From: Candidatus Poribacteria bacterium | GTDB lineage: Bacteria; Poribacteria; WGA-4E; PCPOR2b | Assembly (NCBI GenBank): GCA_965215015.1 | Contig: OZ244042.1 | Location: 3,040,001-3,104,000 of the forward strand | Reading direction: 5' to 3' | DNA: 64,000 bases | Shown here: one piece after another, positions 10,601 to 18,703 of the stretch | Layout: each line of letters opens with the position of its first letter | Position numbering within the stretch: the first letter of the stretch is position 1 | Position numbers and translations under genes: made by a program | The notes under the pieces: model-generated | The model's database searches: none | Told to the model about the DNA's origin: nothing | The model's input: only the letters and a program-made list of their open reading frames with translations

Positions 10601-11283
10601 AATTTGAGGAAACCCTGTTTGATCCACAGTTATTCGGACGCCTGACAGCGCAGGCTGAAGAAATTGAAGAGCAGATTCGAGAAGCACAGCGAGATATTGG
10701 TGCACAAGAGAACAAAATAGCTGAACTGAGAGATGCCCTCTCTAAGCGTGAGGCACTTGAGGATGAAATTCAGACAACCTTTGATGAATTGAAGCGATGG
10801 AGTAGTTTGCAAGATGCAATTCCTGCCAACAACCTGCGCGATTTTGCGTTGGATATTATGTTCAAACAGGTCAGTCGCATTGCCAACGCACAGTTGGAAT
10901 ACTTAACTTCAGGACGCTACCAGCTTAAGGTTGAAGGTATCGGCAAACTTACTGTAATTGATAGATGGAACGCTAACCAAGAACGCCCTGTTGAAACGCT
11001 CTCCGGCGGAGAGGCGTTCCTGACGAGCCTCGCCTTGGCACTTGCGCTTTCGGAACTCAGCCGTGGACGCGCCCAGATCCATTCACTCTTCCTTGACGAG
11101 GGCTTTGGAACGCTTGACTCCGAAACGCTTGATGTTGCCATCGCCGCACTGGAAGGACTACAGATGCAAGGACGAAGCATTTTTCTTATCAGCCACATTG
11201 GAGAGTTGACGAGGCGTATCCCTGTCCGAATCGCTGTCCAAAAAATGGGGAATGGCAGCTCGCGAGTGCAGATACGCGGATAA
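7639..11283 (+). CDS. sbcC: Exonuclease SbcCD subunit C (SMC/Rad50-like ATPase)
   Basis: Walker A GPTGAGKT, Q-loop LAQGEF, zinc hook CRVCG, signature LSGGE, LFLDEGFGTLD, long coiled coil. Confidence 0.95.
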   Translation: MKLYKLKLKNLNSFRGEIELDFEKVPLDEAALVAITGPTGAGKTTLLDAICVALYSRTPRLTGSGSQNPSHLISHGETDGYAEVHFGANGTRYLAEWRLRRGSSPKGRLISTENGELISDRLSARGKVLGASKNTIGEEITAILGLDFDAFKRSVMLAQGEFAAFLKAKDEERRRILEATAGISVYDELKKALNEKVQSVKDEQEEVSKKLNTIPEASREQLAEAEAELGSLQASSKMLNIKNKKVQREKVQEKRREEEFAELQALEERQEELLNQQPMIEGLKAEQERADRANRLLPEKQAFDMAKLELRKAKEALRQAEMEFAEAQKQFNENQAIFDETNETYQTAKTVGEQKTEAYREAKSDVARAQTQFQLVEERRSSLQQHEEKIKTLSSELVDKHREQATLEAAIEKAETFLEENPLPSDRQSRLTQAKALLVELRSLRPQKADKLNSQSEHTSEINRLEEELRKLSGNREKLRAEKASAAVSLAKTDTELKTFQATGNLEDWQNRRERARQALPIVQCYEVSQDQLCNAERDAGELQASITTLDKSLDDLKKKLEVQFYSCKRAEAEVTRLEAERELALLANPINQLRRQLEPGQPCRVCGATEHPCADDVELESEEQLGIVQNALDAAETEARKAQAQNKHLEQEQARLQQNKTNITAQVDTCITAIEHLTGKIESARTQWQAVHQTADISSKWVHEEIREADTTINNLGNAHRAHIQALNDLNLVSEKLMTCERDIARENRQLEDNQQKLRVVTTEIEILNMDIENSENRFWEILPDAFHGIDPEDAANQFDDKIETVAAREQEREKKQNELTQCNIVIGEKEKSLETERENHRKLDAEIESYQCEGNDFLDTASNKTGGLATEAEINTALERLHAKTQEKAEQCEEADQKLRESRDQHTEKQANHRNRQDRQVECSENFETTQAAYFDKLNRVGFNSVQAHDSAFRTDLERRQIEKEIDDFTQGKRLLEEKIATLRTQFEETLFDPQLFGRLTAQAEEIEEQIREAQRDIGAQENKIAELRDALSKREALEDEIQTTFDELKRWSSLQDAIPANNLRDFALDIMFKQVSRIANAQLEYLTSGRYQLKVEGIGKLTVIDRWNANQERPVETLSGGEAFLTSLALALALSELSRGRAQIHSLFLDEGFGTLDSETLDVAIAALEGLQMQGRSIFLISHIGELTRRIPVRIAVQKMGNGSSRVQIRG

Positions 11284-11440
11284 CGATACAAAAGACTCAA
11301 TTGGGACTTACACAAGAACCATAGGAATAGCTGGTGAAAGCAATTACTGAGACAGTAATCGTCAAGTAGTGCCTCTTTGAGTTGGTAAAAGATCTACCCC
11401 GTCTGACGGGTGCCCTGATTAAATTGAGCCCAGACTTACA

Positions 11441-11655
11441 TCACACAACCGCTTCAGGGTCAGACTCCCTCAACCGACGAAGCTTCTCCTCTGTGCCGTA
11501 TTGTTTCTGATCGGCCGTTGCATCTCATCAAGACGGTTCGGCGATAACGACACATCAATCTCGCCCTTTGTTATCTTTGCTTCAAGCTCTGCCATCGAGT
11601 GCATCTAAAATCGGCGGGTCCAACTCTGACCGTAATATACCGTCTCCTTCCTCAT
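11441..11655 (-). pseudogene. Frameshifted remnant of a hypothetical protein C-terminus
   Basis: Minus-strand fragments MAELEAKITKGEIDVSLSPNRLD and QYGTEEKLRRLRESDPEA in different frames; resembles from memory a tail found in Poribacteria hypothetical proteins (unverified). Confidence 0.25.
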
Positions 11656-11828
11656 ACTACCTGTCATGCGGGCCAATCACCTTTATTCTGTGTCCCTGCT
11701 ATGTTTTTCTTTGTACCATAGCACCTTTGCACCTTTACGTTAAACTCTTAATAACTTCTATTAATTTTAGGGGAAACCATTACACTGATTATTGACCAAG
11801 CTTCAAGCGTAAAATATTATAAAATATA

Positions 11829-11859
11829 TTGCATAGGCTAAAAATAATATGTTATGATT
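11829..11859 (+). promoter_or_regulatory. Putative sigma70 promoter
   Basis: TTGCAT...TGnTATGAT extended -10 in AT-rich DNA upstream of the RHH/MOSC genes. Confidence 0.4.
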
Positions 11860-11885
11860 CAGTCCAATCGGAAGGAGATGAGATT

Positions 11886-12063
11886 GTGCAAAGATTGAAG
11901 CCGCGATTGAGCTGTCAACTCATGATATCTTTTACAGAGAAGGCTGCCGAGAAAATCACAGATGCTGCGAAGCGATTCGGCACCAGTCAGTCAGAGATTG
12001 TTCGTGTGTGTGCTTAATGAACTGCCCAAGCTACCTGGACGTGAGACCAAGTGGAGAAATTAG
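11886..12063 (+). pseudogene. Ribbon-helix-helix (CopG-like) regulator, frameshifted at a (GT)n run
   Basis: GGAG RBS, GTG start, QLMISFTEKAAEKITDAAKRFGTSQSEIVRVC; adding one GT at 12004-12012 continues VLNELPKL... Confidence 0.5.
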
Positions 12064-12138
12064 CAGAGAAACACAACCGAAAAATAACTGAAAACCATAC
12101 ACCCCGTGACTGTCAAGCGTGAAGAAAGGATAGAAGAT

Positions 12139-12819
12139 ATGAGTATCAAGAAAAGGCTTCAATCCGAAATAATGAAACTACTTTCAGTGAATGTTTCGCA
12201 ACCCAAAGAAGTATCGTATAACGGCAAACACATCAAAACAGGGATTTTCAAAGAGCCGGTATCGGGGCGGACGATGATGCGGCGGTTGAACCTCGATGGC
12301 GACGGGCAGGGCGATCTGTCTGTTCATGGCGGCATCCACAAAGCGGTCTATATTTATACGATTGAGCATTACGACTATTGGAAACGTGAACTCAGCAGGG
12401 ATGAGTTGACTTACGGACAATTCGGTGAAAACTTGACTGTGGAAGGACTGTTAGAGGAAATGGTTCATATCGGAGACGTTTTTCGGATAGGCGAAGCACT
12501 GGTCGAAGTATCGCAGCCGCGTGTCCCATGCTTTAAGCTTGGTCTCAAAATGGGGAACCCACAGATTGTCAAACCATTTCTGGCGAGCGAACGGGTGGGA
12601 TTTTACGTGCGCGTGTTGGAAGAGGGGGAAGTGGGGGCCGGCGATGCTATCGAGCGGACAAAAGTTGGAGAGGGACAGATGACGGTGAAAGAAATCGTCC
12701 ACCTGCGCCATTTCGACAACGCGAATACGGCAGCCGTTAAGAAGGCGGCAAACCTCCCTGCCCTTACACCTAGCTGGCGTGATTCATTCGAGGAAATTGT
12801 GGTCAAAGCTGAAGGGTGA
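12139..12819 (+). CDS. MOSC domain protein with 3-alpha domain (YiiM-like)
   Basis: GDGQGDLSVHGG, FGENLT, VSQPRVPCFKL, GFYVRVLEEG. Confidence 0.9.
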   Translation: MSIKKRLQSEIMKLLSVNVSQPKEVSYNGKHIKTGIFKEPVSGRTMMRRLNLDGDGQGDLSVHGGIHKAVYIYTIEHYDYWKRELSRDELTYGQFGENLTVEGLLEEMVHIGDVFRIGEALVEVSQPRVPCFKLGLKMGNPQIVKPFLASERVGFYVRVLEEGEVGAGDAIERTKVGEGQMTVKEIVHLRHFDNANTAAVKKAANLPALTPSWRDSFEEIVVKAEG

Positions 12820-12828
12820 AACCTCAAT

Positions 12829-12911
12829 GGCTCATGTCAAAAGAAGGTGTAAAATGCTAAGAGCAACCGATTTTTGGTCAAACACTCGGTTGCTGTTCCC
12901 TAATCTCTTAC
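12829..12911. repeat. MITE-like element family A (GGCTCATGT...), copy 1
   Basis: GGCTCATGTCAAAAGAAGGTGT end plus internal AGCAACCGA...TCGGTTGCT hairpin; homologous to 33344, 46956, 49170. Confidence 0.6.
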
Positions 12912-12926
12912 CCCCCTGAATAGATA

Positions 12927-13598
12927 ATGAAACCACACACGTCCCTAATTATGGCAATGAGCCTCGACGGCAAGATCTCCACACGCGATAACGCAGGTCC
13001 ACGATTCGCAAGCGAGGCGGATGGGATTCGGCTCCGGGAAGTTCGGAGTCACGCGGATGCAATCCTTGTTGGGGCTGGAACAATTATCGCGGACGATCCC
13101 ACATTTACTGAACACGGAAAGTACAAAGAACTACGTCTTCAACGGGGCTTAGCACCCAATCCAATCAAAATCGTTGTGAGCGGCAGTGGCAGCGTTCCTG
13201 AAACCGCCCGAATGTTCCAACCTAACGGTGCACCCGCCCTGGTTTTTACAACGGAACGTATACCTCCAAACCGGCTCGCATCGTTGCAACAGGTCGCGGA
13301 GGTTCATTGTGTCGGTGAAGCCACAGTCGATTTTCGGTGTGTGGTTCAGATATTGGGAGAGGTGTATCAGGTCAAGCAACTGTTGATTGAGGGGGGTGGG
13401 CAGGTAAATTTTGACCTATTTCGCGCAGGATTAATCAACGAGGTGTACCTGACTTTATGCCCGAAAATCATTGGCGGGCGCTATATCGTGACAAGCGTCG
13501 AAGGAGATGGATTCGATTTCCTTGATATTGTTGACGTTGAATTGCTCGACCACTGCGTCGTGGATAATGAGATCTTTCTACACTATCGTGTTCGGTAG
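12927..13598 (+). CDS. RibD C-terminal domain reductase (pyrimidine reductase/DHFR family)
   Basis: AMSLDGKI, DAILVGAGTIIADDP, LLIEGGG, CPKIIGG. Confidence 0.88.
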   Translation: MKPHTSLIMAMSLDGKISTRDNAGPRFASEADGIRLREVRSHADAILVGAGTIIADDPTFTEHGKYKELRLQRGLAPNPIKIVVSGSGSVPETARMFQPNGAPALVFTTERIPPNRLASLQQVAEVHCVGEATVDFRCVVQILGEVYQVKQLLIEGGGQVNFDLFRAGLINEVYLTLCPKIIGGRYIVTSVEGDGFDFLDIVDVELLDHCVVDNEIFLHYRVR

Positions 13599-13630
13599 GC
13601 TTGAAACCTGCATTGGGCAGCACGGCTGGA

Positions 13631-14890
13631 CTACTCAGACTCCGAATCTGAGGGCGTCGGCTTTTCTTGTTTGACGCGATCTCCTTTTTTGATCTTACCA
13701 AATCCCTCAATAATCTGCGCTCTGGAAAGCCGGTCGCTTTGAACTTCGATAACCTTGATAACGCCCACCGATTTAGGTACAATCCCTAGTACATCACCTG
13801 TGTCCGGATCAATCAGCGATTCAGTTGTATAAACCCTCAGTTGCTGATCAACCGCAACACCTTTGGCGGAACCGACATTGATATAGGTATTTTCAGGGGC
13901 TTCTGAATCAACGTAAATGATTGTTCCTTGAATTATACGTACCTGAGGGGAGAGTTGTCCGGGTTTACCTGCGTCATGCTGTAGTACCATATCAGAGCCG
14001 GGCAATGCGGGCCCAATGTTTTCACGTAAAGCCAACACTATCTTATGTAAAGCCTCGTCTGTTGCCATACCAAACAGCGTTTTATCGTACGTGTCACTTC
14101 CAAATTCAATCTGGTTCAACTCCGCAGGTGCAACGATTGGGCGGGGCTTCCTTTTGAGACCCGGTGACTGTCCGAATTGCAATTCTGTGCCCTGCTCAGT
14201 TACAACCGCTTCGAGGGCGGCAATCCTCGCCCCACCAATCTGGTGTTGTTTTCTGGCTGCGATTTTGGGGTTATCAATTTCATCGCCTGATGTACCGAAG
14301 AATCGCATCTCAAGCTGGATAGAGACGATATAAAGACTTCCCATTAACTGCATGCCCCCCACATAACTGGCTGTCGCCCCTTGATATCTCTGTCCACCTT
14401 GTCTAATTAGGCGTCCGGCATTCGCTTTCACTCGCTCCTGGTTAAACTTCCGTATATCGCCCACGACGAGTGCCTCAACTTTGAGTGCCTTTGCCAACTC
14501 CGCCCGTTTTTTCGAGTCCGATTGAAGTGCCCTCCTAGATAATCCCAACTCCGCCATCGCATCCAGCAATTCATCTTGGCTAACGGGTTCATATATTTCC
14601 ACTTCTTCTAGTTTGCGGTTGAGTAGTTCCGTAAACCCTTCCTTCAGATACCATTTCTTATGATGATTACGTCCACCGAAAAATTTGCCGAATGGGCCCG
14701 TAGGGATACAACCACAGCCTGTTGGATGATCGAAGCGGCTATGATCTTCAAAGTATAAGACAACCACTCGCTTCGGTGCAGTGAAACCGTTGGGTACAAG
14801 CAGAATCGAGAGACATAGAACAATCGCAGCAGTGAGGCACTTATCCACTAGTGTAGACAGATGGCACGAACATGGGTATTGAATTGTCAT
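13631..14890 (-). CDS. Exported CsgG/HfaB-like protein with FlgT C-terminal-like domain
   Basis: Signal peptide; VVVLYFED...AKALKVEALVVGDI; C-terminal YINVGSAKGV...IDPDTGDVLG...IKKGDRV. Confidence 0.6.
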   Translation of the reverse strand: MTIQYPCSCHLSTLVDKCLTAAIVLCLSILLVPNGFTAPKRVVVLYFEDHSRFDHPTGCGCIPTGPFGKFFGGRNHHKKWYLKEGFTELLNRKLEEVEIYEPVSQDELLDAMAELGLSRRALQSDSKKRAELAKALKVEALVVGDIRKFNQERVKANAGRLIRQGGQRYQGATASYVGGMQLMGSLYIVSIQLEMRFFGTSGDEIDNPKIAARKQHQIGGARIAALEAVVTEQGTELQFGQSPGLKRKPRPIVAPAELNQIEFGSDTYDKTLFGMATDEALHKIVLALRENIGPALPGSDMVLQHDAGKPGQLSPQVRIIQGTIIYVDSEAPENTYINVGSAKGVAVDQQLRVYTTESLIDPDTGDVLGIVPKSVGVIKVIEVQSDRLSRAQIIEGFGKIKKGDRVKQEKPTPSDSESE

Positions 14891-15330
14891 AATAAAGTCA
14901 CATCCTTTTTGAATAGTCTTGCTCTATATCTCATGTTCAAAAGGCTAACATGAAATTTTTGTGGATAGGCACCGTTGACACTTCATCGAAGCTAGATAAA
15001 GTCTGACGAGACATTTACTGGGTTTATCAACCACAAGCAATTTAGATACCAAAGTTATTTTGAACTGCTTGAAGAAATGGCGCGAAGAACCGAGTTTTTC
15101 GGCAAACACTTTATCCGGGGGACTTCGCATCTGCTTTTGACATGCGCTGTGATTTCAAAGGGAGTGTCGTGCTCACAAAGAGACTGTAGGAACTGTGCCA
15201 CACCATCGTCGCAAACATGTCACACCGGTACTAGGACGTACTTGACTCTGTGGGATAATAATGGTATGTCAACCCCCAACTTATCCGAACACCTATTTAC
15301 GATATAACGTGGACGCTCCCCTCTCAATCT

Positions 15331-15825
15331 CTACGTGCAGATACCAACGATGAGTACAGCCGTTGGCATTGAAGTCTCCTGAGCCTTCTTAAAAGCCTCG
15401 CTGATATAAGGAATGTCACCATCGGTTTCAATGGTATTGTACGGAAATCCCCACGCCTTGAGCGTCGGCTTAAGGAAGGTTGCGGCGGTGTCTACGCGCG
15501 GAGCATCAGGTTTCATACTCTGATATCCGCGATAGCCGATCAGCGATACCACGGGGATTTCCATATTAAAAACTGTACCTCGGATGGCGTCTCCGGATTC
15601 CAGAAAACCGGTATTCTGGATGACAATCACAGGGCACTTTCCACCAACGTATAACCCCGATGCGATGGCGAATGCCTCACCCTCACGACTAACGGTGATG
15701 ACATCGATTTCCGGGTCTTCGTGGAGTCGCTTGAAGATTTGTGCTGTCCCGTTGTCAGGTAAGCCGATCGCATGGGTCACGTTCCATTTTTTTAACTCGT
15801 CTACAATCTTCTGTGCAGATGCCAA
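15331..15825 (-). CDS. Sulfopyruvate/phosphonopyruvate decarboxylase alpha-subunit-like TPP N-terminal (PYR) protein
   Basis: GLPDN, VSREGEAFAIASG, IQNTGF, LIGYRG; TTG start with AGGGAG RBS. Confidence 0.7.
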   Translation of the reverse strand: MASAQKIVDELKKWNVTHAIGLPDNGTAQIFKRLHEDPEIDVITVSREGEAFAIASGLYVGGKCPVIVIQNTGFLESGDAIRGTVFNMEIPVVSLIGYRGYQSMKPDAPRVDTAATFLKPTLKAWGFPYNTIETDGDIPYISEAFKKAQETSMPTAVLIVGICT

Positions 15826-15918
15826 ATTCTATACTCCCTCAATGCCCGATTCATTGCAACTGAAATGGGCGATTGTTGCCAATACAATTATTTCTTTTTT
15901 CTAAGACTCTTTTAACAT

Positions 15919-15946
15919 TAGGACTTAGGCAGTTGAACCCTCGAAG
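15919..15946. repeat. Repeat family B end (TAGGACTTAnGCAGTTGAACCCTCGAAG)
   Basis: 26/28 identical to the reverse complement of 46053-46080; related end at 39551. Confidence 0.6.
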
Positions 15947-16073
15947 CCAACACCAGAACGGGTCGCGCAGTGTTCATGGTAGGTTAACGGCCGGACTCTC
16001 GCACAATGTTCCGGGCGGATTGAGCCAGGATTATCGCCCTATGGTATCTGGTATTCTGTAGCGCAACAATTTT

Positions 16074-18017
16074 CTACCTCCGCCCTTCGACGAGCGAATC
16101 GACAACTGCTGGTTCGGCAAGCGTTGAGGTATCTCCGAGATCATCAATTTCGCCTTCAGCGATTTTCCGAAGGATACGCCGCATAATTTTGCCGGAGCGG
16201 GTTTTGGGGAGCGCGGGTGCAAACTGAATTTTGTCCGGTGTTGCATGGGGTCCGATGTGCTGGCGTACCACACCCTTGATACCGGTCTCGATGTCATCTG
16301 AGGGGGACACACCACTCATCAATGTGACATAAGCATAGATACCTTGTCCCTTAATTTCGTGTGGGTAGCCGACCACGGCTGCTTCGGCGACCGTCTCATG
16401 CTGTCCGATAGCCCCTTCAACTTCGGCTGTACCCAAGCGGTGTCCAGAAATATTCAGCACATCATCAACACGCCCGGTGATCCAGTAATAGCCGTCTTCG
16501 TCGCGCAATGTGCCATCGCCGGTCATGTAGTAGCCGGGGAATCGATCGAAATAGGTTTCGCGGAAGCGCTCGTGGTTTCCGTAGACAGTTCGCATTATGC
16601 CGGGCCAAGCAGTCTTGATACACAGGTATCCGCGTCCTGGGTTACCCTCCACCTCTTTTCCTTCTTCATCCAAGACGACCGGCTCGATTCCGAAGAAGGG
16701 AAGGGTCGCAGATCCGGGTTTCAATGGCGTTGCTCCCGGTAACGGCGTCATCAAAATTCCGCCGGTCTCTGTTTGCCACCATGTATCAACAATTGGACAT
16801 CGCCCATCTCCGACAACGTTGTAGTACCAGAGCCATTCGGGTTCTTTGATCGGTTCACCGACGGTGCCAAGCAGTCTCAGAGTGGATCGGCTATGTTTCG
16901 TGACCCAGCCATTTCCTTCCTTCATCAAGGCGCGTAAGGCGGTTGGTGCGGTGTAGAAGAGATTAACTTGGTGCTTGTCAATTACCTGCCAGTAACGTCC
17001 GAAATCAGGGTATGTTGGAATGCTTTCAAACATGAGGGTAATCGCGCGGTTTGAAAGGGGACCGTACACAATATAGGAATGCCCGGTGATCCAACCGATG
17101 TCAGCTGCACAGAAGTAAACATCCCCTTCATGATAGTCGAAAGTCATCTCGTGGGTAAACGATGTATAAACGAGATAGCCGCCGGTTGTGTGAAGCACCC
17201 CTTTCGGTTGACCTGTTGAGCCGGAAGTATAAAGGATAAACAGCGGATCTTCGGCATCCATCTCCTCCGGCAGGCACTCATCGTCGGCGGTTGCCATCGC
17301 TTCGTGCCACCATACATCGCGTGATTCATCGAAATCAACGGGATCGCCGGTGCGGCAAACAACGATGACCCCCTCAATCGAGGGGCATTCCACCACCGCT
17401 GCATCACCGTTGGCTTTCATCGGGATGCCGCTGCGGTCTCCACGAAATGCGGTGTCCTGGGTAATCAACAGCTTGCACTCGGAATCGTTGATGCGATCGC
17501 GCAGAGAATCGGCCGAAAATGCGCCGAACACAACGGAATGGACGGCACCGATACGAGCACATGCCAACATGGCAATCGTCAACTCTGGAACCATCTGGAG
17601 ATAGATACAGACGCGGTCGCCCTTACGGACGCCTTGCGCTTTGAGGACATTGGCAAAGCGTTTAACTTGCCCCAACAACTCGCTGTAAGTGAAGGTCTTA
17701 TCCTCATCGGGATTGTTGCCCTCCCAAACGATCGCGGTTGCATCACCGTATCCCGCTTCCACATGTCGGTCAAGACAATTATAGCAGGCGTTCAGCTTCC
17801 CGCCATCAAACCATTTGATGTTGGCGTTTACAAAGTCATACTCTCGGACGGTGTCCCACTTCTTATACCATGTAATACGTTCAGCGACATTCGACCAGAA
17901 ACTCTCTGGATCTGCCACTGATTCATCGTACATCTTTTGATATTGCTCCATGCTGCTTACATGCGCGTTAGCAATGGGGTAGTTTGTATTCTCTGGTGGG
18001 AATATTTTAGTTGCCAT
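16074..18017 (-). CDS. acs: Acetyl-CoA synthetase (AMP-forming)
   Basis: [34 protein letters not shown]; GAGGAGG RBS. Confidence 0.97.
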   Translation of the reverse strand: MATKIFPPENTNYPIANAHVSSMEQYQKMYDESVADPESFWSNVAERITWYKKWDTVREYDFVNANIKWFDGGKLNACYNCLDRHVEAGYGDATAIVWEGNNPDEDKTFTYSELLGQVKRFANVLKAQGVRKGDRVCIYLQMVPELTIAMLACARIGAVHSVVFGAFSADSLRDRINDSECKLLITQDTAFRGDRSGIPMKANGDAAVVECPSIEGVIVVCRTGDPVDFDESRDVWWHEAMATADDECLPEEMDAEDPLFILYTSGSTGQPKGVLHTTGGYLVYTSFTHEMTFDYHEGDVYFCAADIGWITGHSYIVYGPLSNRAITLMFESIPTYPDFGRYWQVIDKHQVNLFYTAPTALRALMKEGNGWVTKHSRSTLRLLGTVGEPIKEPEWLWYYNVVGDGRCPIVDTWWQTETGGILMTPLPGATPLKPGSATLPFFGIEPVVLDEEGKEVEGNPGRGYLCIKTAWPGIMRTVYGNHERFRETYFDRFPGYYMTGDGTLRDEDGYYWITGRVDDVLNISGHRLGTAEVEGAIGQHETVAEAAVVGYPHEIKGQGIYAYVTLMSGVSPSDDIETGIKGVVRQHIGPHATPDKIQFAPALPKTRSGKIMRRILRKIAEGEIDDLGDTSTLAEPAVVDSLVEGRR

Positions 18018-18150
18018 AGAATCCTCCTCGGAATTTGCAATCAAGCAAATGCGCTGACAGAAGTTTTGAAATGTTTGCGAATTTCCTTTATTATAAGCAA
18101 AAATATGATGTTGTCAATCAAAAACAGGTAATGCTGTTTCGTTATTACTG

Positions 18151-18347
18151 CTACTCGTTCTCCAACTCTTTTAAAGTCCACTGTTTTGCCAGCGTTTCAA
18201 ATCGTTCAATGGCAATGAAGGTATCCTCCATAGCCTCAAAATATCGGAGAATGGCTTCCGCGCATGAAAGCTTTTTGTTCGCCCTGTTTTATCCGCTAGT
18301 GATTTCAAGCGTTCCATATTTTCCGATGCAAGATAGAGGGATTACAT
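18151..18347 (-). pseudogene. RelB/DUF6290-type RHH antitoxin pseudogene
   Basis: AGGAGG RBS, ATG then TAA, ...MERLKSLADKTGRTKSFHAR / frameshift / EAILRYFEAMEDTFIAIERF...WTLKELENE*. Confidence 0.65.
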
Positions 18348-18465
18348 TTTTATCCCTCCTTTTCTTGTAATGATGCAAGTTGCTCGGTTCTGTTGACATT
18401 TGACAGCACGTAGATTGAGTTGAACGGGAACCGTGAAACCCAACACTCAATTCAACTGAAGCGAG

Positions 18466-18534
18466 AGTGGTAGGCACGCTCTACAGTCCCGTAATATTCG
18501 CAAGGGTTACGGCATACCGAGTATGCCTACTACT
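18466..18534. repeat. GTAG-type REP doublet (family C), copy 1
   Basis: GTAGGCAC...GTATGCCTAC; 34-bp core 32/34 identical to 32220-32253. Confidence 0.7.
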
Positions 18535-18703
18535 TTACCAGGTTGCTAATTGATAAATCAAGCATCAGAAATCAACACAACAGTCGGGAATCGGAATTCC
18601 CTCTCCGTTCCGAGAGTTTTCAACCCGATGCACCCCGATAAGATCAGGATTCAAAGCAACTGGAGACTTTTGCTAGTAAACAACACACCTATATCGGAAC
18701 TCC

